Part shown: positions 55,035 through 64,000 of the stretch, in pieces
Position numbering within the stretch: the first letter of the stretch is position 1
Layout: each line of letters starts with the position of its first letter
Source: Candidatus Latescibacterota bacterium
Lineage (GTDB): Bacteria > Latescibacterota > UBA2968 > UBA8231
Reading direction: 5' to 3'
DNA: 64,000 nt
NCBI GenBank assembly: GCA_965243025.1
Contig: CBDETY010000003.1
Span: 5,216,001-5,280,000 of the forward strand
Notes under the pieces: generated by a model
Told to the model about the DNA's origin: nothing
Seen by the model: only the letters and a program-made list of their open reading frames with translations
Databases searched by the model: none
Made by a program: the position numbers and the translations under genes

Positions 55035-56522
55035 ATGTTGACGCGACTGAAAGTCACCGGCTTCAAGAACCTGGTAGACGTGGACGTGAGCCTCGGTCCG
55101 TTCACCTGCGTGGTCGGGCCCAACGGGTCGGGAAAGTCGAACCTGTTCGACGCGGTCCGGTTTCTCAGCGCCCTGGCAAACCACACGCTGATGGAGGCAG
55201 CCGCCTCGGTGCGCGACCAGGACAGCCGCACGGCGGACGTCCGCAACCTCTTTCACCGCTGGGGCGACCGCCATGCCGAACGGATGTCCTTCGAGGCGGA
55301 GATGCTCGTGCCGCGCAAGGCGGTCGACGACCTGGGACAGGAAGCCCGGGCCAGCATCACCTTTCTGCGCTACTCCCTCGAGCTCGCCCGCAGGGATACC
55401 GGCGACGGCCTGATACCGGGGTTCCTCGAGATCATGAGGGAGGAGCTGGTTCACATCTCCCAGCGCGACGCCGGCCGGCACCTTCCGTTTCCCCACAGTG
55501 CCGGGGAATGGCGGAAGTCGGTGGTGCGGGGGCAGCGGCGCGCGCCATTCATCTCGACCAGGGGGGAGGGCGAAGACAGGGTCGTATTCCTGCATCAGGA
55601 CGGCGGCAGCAGCGGCCGTCCGCTGCCCAGGCCGGCCAGTCTGCCGCGCACGGTACTTTCGTCGGCCAATGCGGCGGAAAGTCCCACCGTGCTGGCTGCC
55701 CGAAGGGAAATGGAGTCCTGGCGGATGCTGCAGCTGGAACCGGCTGCGATAAGACGACCGGATGCGTTCGCCTCTCCGGCGCGCCTCGGGACGGACGGAA
55801 GCCGTCTGGCCGCCACGCTCTACCGCCTGGCTCAGGCTGCGGAAGCGGACGGCAGCGGCCGGGAAGGGGAAGAGGGAGAAACGGCAAATCCGGCGTACAG
55901 GCGGATCGCCGGCCGGCTGGCGGAGTTCAGCGACGACGTCGGCGAGGTATACATCGACAGGGATGAGAAACGGGAGCTTCTGACCTTGCATGCGACGGAT
56001 GGGGAGAACACCCCTCATCCGGCGGCGGCGTTGTCGGACGGGACCCTGCGCTTCCTCGCCCTTGCCGTCCTGGAGATGGACCCGGAAACCGAGGGAGTGC
56101 TCTGTCTCGAAGAGCCGGAGAACAGCATCCACCCCGCGCGGGTATCCGCGGTGCTCCGGCTGCTGCGGGATATCGCCGTGGATACCCGGCAGGCCGCGGG
56201 ACCGGAAAACCCGCTGCGGCAGGTGATCGTCAACACGCACTCCCCCGCCGTGCTGCAGCAGGTCCCCCAGGAAAGCGTCGTATGCGTCAAAGTCGTGGAA
56301 GCAATGGATGAGAAGGGGCTGCTGAAGAAAGCCCGCTTCTTCTGTCTGCCGGACACGTGGAGAGCGAAAAAAAGCGGGGAACCGGATACCATCGACCTCG
56401 AGGACCTGATCGCTTTCCTGAACCCCGTGCTCCGCAAGGACCAGTTGGAATCCGAAGCAAAGGAGAAGCGGGTCGTCGACAGGGCTGATGTACGGCAGCT
56501 GCTTCTGTCCCCTTCGTGGTGA
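55035..56522 (+). CDS. AAA_21/RecF-SMC-like ABC-family ATPase
   Basis: MLTRLKVTGFKNL, Walker A GPNGSGKSN, LSDGTLRFL, Walker B CLEEPEN, NTHSP; ATG 55035 after AGGAG. Confidence 0.88.
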   Translation: MLTRLKVTGFKNLVDVDVSLGPFTCVVGPNGSGKSNLFDAVRFLSALANHTLMEAAASVRDQDSRTADVRNLFHRWGDRHAERMSFEAEMLVPRKAVDDLGQEARASITFLRYSLELARRDTGDGLIPGFLEIMREELVHISQRDAGRHLPFPHSAGEWRKSVVRGQRRAPFISTRGEGEDRVVFLHQDGGSSGRPLPRPASLPRTVLSSANAAESPTVLAARREMESWRMLQLEPAAIRRPDAFASPARLGTDGSRLAATLYRLAQAAEADGSGREGEEGETANPAYRRIAGRLAEFSDDVGEVYIDRDEKRELLTLHATDGENTPHPAAALSDGTLRFLALAVLEMDPETEGVLCLEEPENSIHPARVSAVLRLLRDIAVDTRQAAGPENPLRQVIVNTHSPAVLQQVPQESVVCVKVVEAMDEKGLLKKARFFCLPDTWRAKKSGEPDTIDLEDLIAFLNPVLRKDQLESEAKEKRVVDRADVRQLLLSPSW

Positions 56523-56648
56523 GCCGGTTTTTGAAGGGGAACGGTTCGCCGCCTACCTTAGAAAATTGCCTGCGGGAGGGCCGGGCAGCGGGGAGCTGCC
56601 TGTCATTTCAGCGTCTTCCATATTGGAGACTGTTCGGAGAGGAGAACG

Positions 56649-57611
56649 ATGCACCCTTGTACCCCCGTCGCGAAACGGTGCCTGAAATTTCTGCACCGGA
56701 AACTCACACCCTGCCTGATTGCGTTTCCCGTCCTTTGCCTTGCGGCACTTCAGCCGCGGGCCGCCGATGCGGGAGCCTGGACCCTTGGAAAGGGTAACCT
56801 GTGGAGCAAGGTCACCTTCCTGTCGCAGACGACCGACGAACATTACGACGGTGAGGGAAGTGCGGTTGCAATGCCCCTGGATGCCCGCTACCAGACCCGG
56901 CAGGTCTATTTCGACATGTTTTACGGCGTCAGGGACGGGATCGATCTCGGCCTGCAGATACCGTTGGTCAGCAACAAGTTCGTCGACAAGGACGAAGACA
57001 ACGACGTGGCGACACCGCCGCCGGCCCTGGAAACCGAGTCCGGTCTTTCCGACCTGCGCGGATACGCCAAGTTCAAGCTCCTCGACCAGTCCCGGACCGT
57101 CGGCACGCTGAAGCTGGGATTCAAGATCCCGATGGGCGAGTACCGCCCGGTGCCCGAAGCCCTTTCCGTAACCGATGGACAATGGGATCTGGAGGTGGTC
57201 GGGCAGATCGGCCGCTCCTTCTGGCCCACCCCGATGTACGCCAATGTCGACCTGGGGTACCGGATCCGCGGCGAATACAAGGACACCGACGGCGTCGAGC
57301 CGGACCGCAGCTATACTCCCGGGCCGGAGCTGGTTTTCAACGCCGAGGCCGGCTACAGCCCGATGGACAGGCTCCTCGTCGCCCTCAAGTTCGAGGGCCT
57401 CTCGGGAGCGGAGTACGATGCCCTGAGCAACCCGGGCGAGCCGGAGACGCTCAGCCAGAGCGTAACCTACCTGGCGCCGACGCTGTTCGTGGATCTAAAC
57501 GCCGGTCTGAGCCTCGAGGCCTCGGCGCGCATGACCACCAGCGGCAGCCGCTACTTCGCCGGGCCGACCTGGGCGGCCGGGCTTTCCTACACTGGTTCCC
57601 TGTTCGATTAG
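56649..57611 (+). CDS. Secreted protein, probable small outer-membrane beta-barrel ('transporter' family)
   Basis: Signal peptide ADA-GAWTLGKG; SGLSDL; alternating beta-strand pattern; start uncertain. Confidence 0.65.
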   Translation: MHPCTPVAKRCLKFLHRKLTPCLIAFPVLCLAALQPRAADAGAWTLGKGNLWSKVTFLSQTTDEHYDGEGSAVAMPLDARYQTRQVYFDMFYGVRDGIDLGLQIPLVSNKFVDKDEDNDVATPPPALETESGLSDLRGYAKFKLLDQSRTVGTLKLGFKIPMGEYRPVPEALSVTDGQWDLEVVGQIGRSFWPTPMYANVDLGYRIRGEYKDTDGVEPDRSYTPGPELVFNAEAGYSPMDRLLVALKFEGLSGAEYDALSNPGEPETLSQSVTYLAPTLFVDLNAGLSLEASARMTTSGSRYFAGPTWAAGLSYTGSLFD

Positions 57612-57675
57612 CTGCTCCACCAGGGGAACACCGACTCCATATTTATGTAGAAGACGGAACTGACGTCAGGGATTC

Positions 57676-57708
57676 AGGGAGGGGGCCATCGGGCTCCCTC
57701 CCTTTTTT
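57676..57708 (+). terminator. Intrinsic terminator
   Basis: AGGGAGGGGGCC-ATCG-GGCTCCCTCCCT followed by T-run. Confidence 0.8.
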
Positions 57709-57921
57709 CATGCCGGGTCCTTTCTCCGGGCCGGTTCCCGGGGGCAGCCGGTTACCAGGGAGCAACCCGTCATGCCATCACCGCCCGGAAGGCTTGAGGC
57801 CGCCTCATGACTCGGTGAAATTCTGCCCCTTCGCATGCCGCCATCGGGGAGGGGCGAGGGTGTTCGCTGACGCACGGGAGCCCGCCTCTTCCCACCTTGT
57901 GCCCTCCCGCCTCGACGAGAC

Positions 57922-59937
57922 GTGAAAAAGGAAATTCCCCCCGACTACTCCGACCACCTCCTCCGTCGTCACGGAGAGGGCCTGGAGCGCGGCGGGGTCA
58001 CTCTGCGAGCGGTGATGGTCGGGGCCGCCCTGAGCCTGGGGATCGGGGTGGCGCTGCCGTACAGCAACATGATCATCAAGGGCGGGCTGCTCGGCCACAA
58101 CTTCAACACTCCGGCCGCGGTCTTCTCCTTCTTCATCTTCGTCGGGGTGGTCAACGTCCTCCTCGGCCTGGTGAAACGCTCCTGGGAGTTCGGCGCGGCC
58201 GAGCTCGCCACCGTCTACATCATGGCGATGCTGGCCACCACGGTCCCGACCATCGGTTTCTCGGAGTACCTGCTGCCCATCATCGCCGGGGTGCGCTTCT
58301 ACGCGACCCGGGAGAACAGGTGGGGGGACAGCTTCGTTCCCCACCTGCCCGACAGGCTGGTCCCGACCGACGAGGAAGCCATACAGGGGTTCTACGAAGG
58401 GGACCCGGAGGGGGGCGTCCCCTGGGACGCCTGGGTCGAACCGGTCCTCTGGTGGTGCCTGCTGATCCTGGTGGTGTACTGGGTCTCGATCTGCCTGATG
58501 GTGATCGTCCGCCGGCAGTGGATGGAGCACGAGAGGCTGCCGTACCCCCTCGTCCAGGTCCCTCTCGCCCTGATCGAGGAGGAGGACCGGCAGGGGGGGC
58601 GCTCTCTCATCAAGCCCTTTTTTCGCAGCAAGGTGATGTGGGCCGGTTTCGCGCTCCCCTTCGTCGTCGGTTCCCTGAACGCGCTGAACTCCTACTTCCC
58701 CGGACTGCCCCACATGGGGGCCTTCAGCGGCCACGGCGCGCTGTTCAACCTGGCGGACCGTATTTCCCTCACGGCGCAGTTCAACTTCGGCCTCCTCGGT
58801 TTCGCCTTCCTCCTCAACCGCGACGTCGCCCTCAGCGTCTGGCTGTTCTTCCTGCTCGCCAACGTCGAGCGCGGGGTCTTCGCCTTCTTCGAGATCAGGA
58901 GCGATGAGACCCTGAGCCGCTTCGCCAACATCGCGGGCCCATACCTCGCCCACCAGGCGATGGGGGCGATGATCGTCCTCGTGCTGTCGGGATTCTGGGC
59001 GGGCCGCGGGCACCTCCGGCAGGTGGTCTCCAAAGCCTGCGGGCGCGGCGGCGCGATCGACGACAACGGCGAGCTGCTCTCCTACCGCACCTCGCTGATC
59101 GGACTCGCCGCCGGCCTCGCGGTTGTCGGCGCCTGGCTGTGGGAGTCCGGGCTGCGGCTGTGGGTGGTGCCGGTGTTCCTGTTCGCCGTCCTCGTCGTCT
59201 TCGTCGCCCTCACCCGGGCCGTCGTCGAGGGGGGAATCGCCTTCATCCGCACTCCCCTGACGCCGGCGGACTTCGTCGTCTCCGGCCTGGGGACCGGGGT
59301 TCTGGGGACCTCGGGGGTGGTCGCCCTGGGACTCACCTACGTCTGGGCAGCCAACCTCCGCCTCTTCTTCATGCCCTGCTTCGCCAACGCCCTCAGGATG
59401 GCCGGGGAGATCGGCGGGAACAGGGGGCCGCTGCTGTGGGCGGCGGTTGCCGCGGTGCTCCTCGCCCTCGCCGGGAGCATCTGGTCCGTGCTGACCCTTT
59501 CCTACGAATACGGGGGGGTGAACCTCCACCACTTCTGGTTCGTCGCCATTCCCGGGTGGGTCGGCGAGATCATGCACCGGCAGCTGACCATGCCCACCGG
59601 TGCCAGCGCCAGCGGCTGGACTTTCACCGGCATCGGCGCCGCGGTCATGGCGGTTCTGACCTGGGCGCGGACCCGGTTCATCTGGTGGCCGCTGCACCCG
59701 CTCGGCTTCGCGGTCAGCACCTTCCACATACTTACCTACGTCTGGTTCAACGTGTTCCTGGCGTGGGCGGCCAAGACCGTCATCCTGCGCAGCGGCGGGA
59801 CCACCCTCTACAGGGCGGCGCGCCCCTTCTTCCTCGGGCTCATCATGGGGCAGATCTTCGTCGCCGGCTTCTGGCTCGTCGTCGACTTCTTCACCGGGAA
59901 GGTCGGCAACTACCCGATCGGCGGGTCGTTCGTGTAG
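57922..59937 (+). CDS. DUF6785/DUF6784-like multi-pass membrane protein (third paralog)
   Basis: FYATRENRW, RRQW.EHERLPYPL, YLAHQAMGA, WWPLHPLG, FFLGLIMG. Confidence 0.8.
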   Translation: MKKEIPPDYSDHLLRRHGEGLERGGVTLRAVMVGAALSLGIGVALPYSNMIIKGGLLGHNFNTPAAVFSFFIFVGVVNVLLGLVKRSWEFGAAELATVYIMAMLATTVPTIGFSEYLLPIIAGVRFYATRENRWGDSFVPHLPDRLVPTDEEAIQGFYEGDPEGGVPWDAWVEPVLWWCLLILVVYWVSICLMVIVRRQWMEHERLPYPLVQVPLALIEEEDRQGGRSLIKPFFRSKVMWAGFALPFVVGSLNALNSYFPGLPHMGAFSGHGALFNLADRISLTAQFNFGLLGFAFLLNRDVALSVWLFFLLANVERGVFAFFEIRSDETLSRFANIAGPYLAHQAMGAMIVLVLSGFWAGRGHLRQVVSKACGRGGAIDDNGELLSYRTSLIGLAAGLAVVGAWLWESGLRLWVVPVFLFAVLVVFVALTRAVVEGGIAFIRTPLTPADFVVSGLGTGVLGTSGVVALGLTYVWAANLRLFFMPCFANALRMAGEIGGNRGPLLWAAVAAVLLALAGSIWSVLTLSYEYGGVNLHHFWFVAIPGWVGEIMHRQLTMPTGASASGWTFTGIGAAVMAVLTWARTRFIWWPLHPLGFAVSTFHILTYVWFNVFLAWAAKTVILRSGGTTLYRAARPFFLGLIMGQIFVAGFWLVVDFFTGKVGNYPIGGSFV

Positions 59938-59976
59938 CGGGGACGGAGGCGGCAGCGTCCGGCCGGGCGGTCCGGG

Positions 59977-61968
59977 TCAGGGGCGCCAGCGCACCGCGAT
60001 CATCCTCGGCATGTGCTCGAACCCCTCGGAGGTGGGCGGGCCTTCGCTGCCCCAGTTCGACTCGGAGCGCTCCCCGACGACGGTGAGGATCATCCCCGGC
60101 TCGCCGTCGCCCAGGTGGGGGGGCAGCACGCAGCTGGTCGCGTACCCCGGGTAGGCCTTGGCGGCGTTCATGTAGTAGATCTCCTCCCCCCAGGTCCTGC
60201 CGCCGTCGCTGCTGACGCGGGCGCGCTCGCCGCCGCGCAGGGTGGGCACGCGGTGGGTGTTGAAGAGCACGAGGCGGCCGTCCGGCAGCTCGATGACGTG
60301 CCCGCGGATCTGGTCGAGCAGGAAGGTGCCGGGGCGGGGCCGGATCCAGGTGTCGCCGCGGTCCTCCGACTCGACGATGGTCGTGCGCTTGACGTAGGAG
60401 CTGAGGGTGGCGGCCCCGAGGGCGCGCTGCCACAGCTGCCACGGCTTCTCGTTGTCGAACACCCGCTCCCAGCCGTCGGCCGGCGCCGAGGGGTTGTTGC
60501 GGCAGACGGCGATCAGCCGCCCGTCGGAGAGCTCGGAGATCGCCGGCTCCCCTCCGTGGGTCATCGGAACCCCCCGGTTCCAGGTGCGGCCCCCGTCCTC
60601 GGAGCGGTAGCAGTGGACGACGCTGTGCGGGGTGATGGTGTCGGCCGGCCGGCCGATCGGCCAGACGAGGCCGCCGTCCCTCAGTTCGGTGACCGGGCCG
60701 ATCTGCAGGCCCCGGGTTCCCAGCGGCATCTCCACCGCGCCGACAGCCTCCCAGCTCTGCCCGTCGTCGCCGGAGCGGGAGACGACGAGGCGCGACGGCT
60801 CGGACTCGGAGTTGAGGAACGTGCCGTCCCTGAGGACGGTGTCGACCGGCCGGGTAACCTCGAGGGAGCTCCATGAGCGGCCCCCGTCGGCGGTCAGCAT
60901 CACCGTTTCGTCGTCGCTGGTCATCACGTGTACGACGCCGCCGCCGGTGACGGTGATGTTGTTCCTGCACTCGGAGTACCAGTTGACCTCGTTCTGCCAG
61001 GGCAGCCAGGCGCGGCCGGCAGGCAGCTGCTCGACCTCGCCCCGGCGCGAGCGCAGCACCCCCTGGAAGTCGTCGGGAATGACCGGGTGGACGACGAAGA
61101 GGTACTCGTCGATGCCGACCGGGGTTCCGTCGGCGGCGGCGACGCGGGCGACGAACTCCCCGACCAGGGGAAAGTCGATGTCCAGCGCGGCCTCGTGGCG
61201 CCCGGCCGGGACCGGGCCCTCGACGAGGTGGGTGAGCACCTCCTCGCCGCCGAGCAGGTCGAAGAACTGCACCTTCAGGGGGAAGTCGAGGGGTCCCCCG
61301 CCGCTGTTGAAGGTGGTGAGGTAGAACCGCTTCAGCGGCTCGTCCTGGAGGTGGATGAGTGCCCGCGGCTGGCGTCCCTCGATCTTCGCCTCCACCGGGT
61401 AGCGGGTCCGGTAGGCGGTGGCGGCCGGCCCTTCCTCGAGCTGCACCGCGTCGACCTGGACGGTGCACGGCCTGTCGGCGCGGGCGGCGAGGTCGACGAC
61501 GGCGCGGGTCTCGAGGTCCTGCGGTATGAAGACCATCGAGTGCCGCTGCCATTCGCCGGTCAGAGGCAGCGACCAGCCGAGCATGTCGGGGGTGCCCTCG
61601 AAGTCGAGCGGCCGGGTCCAGACGCCGGGGTTGAGGCGGGCCGACGGCTCGCCGCTGCGGGCGTAGACCGACAGGGTGTGGACCTGGCAGGGGACCACCT
61701 CGACGACCGGGGAGGTCAGGTGCCCCTCGGCTCCGCCGGATACCGCCTCCAGCTCGATCGCGCCGACCCGGGTGCCGTCGACGGCGTCCTCCACGGGAGC
61801 GCTTTCGGGGGGCGTCTCCGGCACCTGCCCGAGCGCCGTGGCCTTCAGGCTCAGGCGGTTCTGCAGATCCCCCCAGTTGGTCTGCACCTTCCTCTCGGCC
61901 CGGAGGGTGCGGATCTGCTGGCTGAAGTCGAGCTCGAAGCTGCTGTTCGGCAGCAGGTTGGCTGGCAT
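59977..61968 (-). CDS. BNR/Asp-box repeat glycosidase (sialidase-like) with N-terminal CBM-like domain
   Basis: Asp boxes TADGGRSW, SGDDGQSW, SEDGGRTW, SEDRGDTW, SSDGGRTW; N-terminal NLLPNSSFE...VDAVQLE. Confidence 0.8.
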   Translation of the reverse strand: MPANLLPNSSFELDFSQQIRTLRAERKVQTNWGDLQNRLSLKATALGQVPETPPESAPVEDAVDGTRVGAIELEAVSGGAEGHLTSPVVEVVPCQVHTLSVYARSGEPSARLNPGVWTRPLDFEGTPDMLGWSLPLTGEWQRHSMVFIPQDLETRAVVDLAARADRPCTVQVDAVQLEEGPAATAYRTRYPVEAKIEGRQPRALIHLQDEPLKRFYLTTFNSGGGPLDFPLKVQFFDLLGGEEVLTHLVEGPVPAGRHEAALDIDFPLVGEFVARVAAADGTPVGIDEYLFVVHPVIPDDFQGVLRSRRGEVEQLPAGRAWLPWQNEVNWYSECRNNITVTGGGVVHVMTSDDETVMLTADGGRSWSSLEVTRPVDTVLRDGTFLNSESEPSRLVVSRSGDDGQSWEAVGAVEMPLGTRGLQIGPVTELRDGGLVWPIGRPADTITPHSVVHCYRSEDGGRTWNRGVPMTHGGEPAISELSDGRLIAVCRNNPSAPADGWERVFDNEKPWQLWQRALGAATLSSYVKRTTIVESEDRGDTWIRPRPGTFLLDQIRGHVIELPDGRLVLFNTHRVPTLRGGERARVSSDGGRTWGEEIYYMNAAKAYPGYATSCVLPPHLGDGEPGMILTVVGERSESNWGSEGPPTSEGFEHMPRMIAVRWRP

Positions 61969-62239
61969 CGTCGGTCTCCGGAAGTGTCGGGGTTGGAAAC
62001 GGGCCGCGGCAGCGAACTGGGGCAGCGGGACGGTCGGAGGAGGGCGCGCCGGAAGCTGCTGTTTTTCAGGCCCGGAAGGTCTGCAACTTCGGGCTCGGGC
62101 CGGGAACAGCGCAGGCCGGGTATCTGCTTGACCCTTTTTCGAGGGGAGGCGTATTATCAGCCCGCTTCACCGGGTCGCCCGCCGCCCCACCCGGTTCGAC
62201 GGGCAAAAGTTCGTCCCACAGAACAGGAAGGCAAGCCGA

Positions 62240-63448
62240 ATGGCAAAGCAGTTCAAGGTCCGCGCGGTGCGCTGCGACCACCGCGCTTCCGACGAGGAGG
62301 TCTACCAGGCGCTCGCGCGGGCCACCGCTCCGCTGGCGCGGTCCTGGGAAAAGCTGGAGAAGGCGGGGCGGATCGCCCTCAAGTTCAACATGATGCACAC
62401 CAACGTCGAACGCTTCGAGGGGCGCCGCCGGGAGCTGGTCGACGACGCCGTCGCCCGCGCCGTGCTCAGGCTGCTGCGCGAGCGCACCTCCGCCGACCTG
62501 GTCGCCAGCGACACGCACGGGTACGATGCCGAGGGCAAGCGGACCGACGGCCTCAACTACCTGGAGCTGCTGCAGGAGTTCGGCGTCGAGTACGACGAGT
62601 CGACCCTGGCCCCGTTCGCCGAGTACGATGTCCCCGGGGGCGGCTTCATGTTCGACCGCTACACCCTGAGCCGCTGCTGGCGGGACGCCGACGAGGTGAT
62701 CTCGGTCGCCAAGATGAAGAACCACGGGTTCATGGGGGTGACCCTGTGCATGAAGAACCTGTTCGGGATCACGCCGACCATTCCTCCCGAGGGCCGCGTG
62801 CGCACCTACTTCCACCACGCCATCCGGCTCTCCTACGTGCTCCCCGACCTGGCGCGCATCACCGATCCGGCGCTCAACATCATCGACGCCACCACCGGCC
62901 AGTGGGGGTGCGAGTGGGGGGGCGAGGGCCGCGTCGGCAACGCCCTGGTGGCCGGCGACCAGATCGTCGCCACCGACGCCGCCGGGGCCCACCTGATGGG
63001 GCACGACCCGCGGTCCGACTGGCCGACGCCGCCGTTCCGCCGCGACCGCAACCACCTGCTGGTGGCGGCGCAGGGCGGGTTCGGCACCGTCGACCTCGAC
63101 GCCATCGACTTCGAGAGCGAGGTGACCGCGCCGCTGAACGAGTTCGACTCCATCGAACAGGAACCCCCCGAGCGCATGGCCGCGGTGCGCAGCAGCGCCT
63201 GCGAGCAGGGCCTGTTCTACCGCGACCGCATGAAGGAGATGACCGGCCGCTACGCCGGGGAGTTCATCTATCTGCAGGACGGCGAGGTCAAGTGGAACGG
63301 GCCGGACCCCGCCCACATCGCCAGCCACCGCAGCTTCGCCGGCTCCAGCCCGGGCAGCGCCCTGTTTCTCAAGAAGGTCGATCCGGAAGAGGGCGAGGGA
63401 GAGCGGTTCGAGGTGTATGAAAACTGCCTGCGGCTGATGCGGGCCTGA
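62240..63448 (+). CDS. DUF362 domain protein
   Basis: LKFN, VISVAKMKNH, VTLCMKNLFG, IIDA, VATDA. Confidence 0.8.
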   Translation: MAKQFKVRAVRCDHRASDEEVYQALARATAPLARSWEKLEKAGRIALKFNMMHTNVERFEGRRRELVDDAVARAVLRLLRERTSADLVASDTHGYDAEGKRTDGLNYLELLQEFGVEYDESTLAPFAEYDVPGGGFMFDRYTLSRCWRDADEVISVAKMKNHGFMGVTLCMKNLFGITPTIPPEGRVRTYFHHAIRLSYVLPDLARITDPALNIIDATTGQWGCEWGGEGRVGNALVAGDQIVATDAAGAHLMGHDPRSDWPTPPFRRDRNHLLVAAQGGFGTVDLDAIDFESEVTAPLNEFDSIEQEPPERMAAVRSSACEQGLFYRDRMKEMTGRYAGEFIYLQDGEVKWNGPDPAHIASHRSFAGSSPGSALFLKKVDPEEGEGERFEVYENCLRLMRA

Positions 63449-63467
63449 TCTGACAAGAGAGAAACGA

Positions 63468-64000
63468 ATGTATATCGGAACCCAGTTTAACTGCCGCCAC
63501 GATACCGACATCGAGGTCCTCGCCCAGCTCGGGGTCAGGAACGTCGACCAGACGCCGTCCGAACCCTGGGAGGAGTGGACGGTCGACACGCTGGTGCGGT
63601 TGCGCGACCGCTTCGACAGGTACGGAATCAACCTCGAGATGATCCACATCCCCCTCGGGTCGCGCAGCGCCTTCGAGAACGAGGCCGGGGCGATCTTCCT
63701 GCCGGCCAGCGACGAGCGCGAGCGCCAGCTCGACAGGATGTGCGATACCGTGCGCATGGCCTCGCAGGCCGGGATCCGCGGCCTCAACTACAACATCACC
63801 ATCCTCGGCCATCTGCGGACCGAGTCTCGCTACGGCCGCGGCGGGGCGCGGCTGTCGTCGTGGGAGTACGACAAGCTCGACCGGACGCTGCCGGAGTTCG
63901 AAGGGGGGCCCGCCGACGAGGACGAGATGTACGAGCGCGTCGAGTACTGGTTGAAGCGCATCATCCCGGTGGCCGAGGAGTACGAGGTGCAGATGGCCTG
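63468..64000 (+). CDS. Mannonate dehydratase (UxuA) family protein, partial (runs off the window)
   Basis: Not in the ORF track; manual translation MYIGTQF...AQLGV...AGIRGLNYN...LRT...GRGGA...YWLKRIIPVAEEYEVQMA. Confidence 0.8.
   Translation, partial: MYIGTQFNCRHDTDIEVLAQLGVRNVDQTPSEPWEEWTVDTLVRLRDRFDRYGINLEMIHIPLGSRSAFENEAGAIFLPASDERERQLDRMCDTVRMASQAGIRGLNYNITILGHLRTESRYGRGGARLSSWEYDKLDRTLPEFEGGPADEDEMYERVEYWLKRIIPVAEEYEVQMA

Noticed and set aside
1-64000. CRISPR arrays, rRNA and tRNA genes
   Set aside because: No regularly spaced 23-47-bp repeats or recognisable structural RNA genes were seen by eye.

Overview
High-GC bacterial window. Most of it is metabolic and cell-envelope genes: ahcY, a probable rpoZ, a KDPG-type aldolase, 4 PhyH-family dioxygenases, 3 ThDP enzymes, an enolase-superfamily dehydratase, a SelA/DgaE-like enzyme, a BNR-repeat glycosidase and a partial uxuA-like gene. 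There are also 3 DUF6785-like membrane proteins, 2 CRTAC1/FG-GAP proteins, 3 secreted proteins with FlgD-Ig/CHU_C-like C-termini and 2 paralogous ~900-aa secreted proteins. This gene mix resembles Latescibacterota/Poribacteria-type (often sponge-associated) genomes; that is inference only. The standout is a visibly more AT-rich segment (~38.1-45.2 kb) holding a minus-strand tandem array A1-D1-A2-D2-A3. D1 and D2 are small precursors with a near-identical ~44-aa leader and divergent cores carrying the six-cysteine CS-alpha-beta defensin spacing C-x8-C-x3-C-x9-C-x4-C-x-C. A1-A3 are paralogous ~325-aa secreted proteins. Each D gene sits behind a duplicated TTGACA + T13 upstream element. A2 is split in its signal peptide by a complete IS1182/IS5-like element with a CTAG target duplication. 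No rRNA, tRNA or CRISPR array was seen. All calls come from reading motifs by eye; no searches were run.
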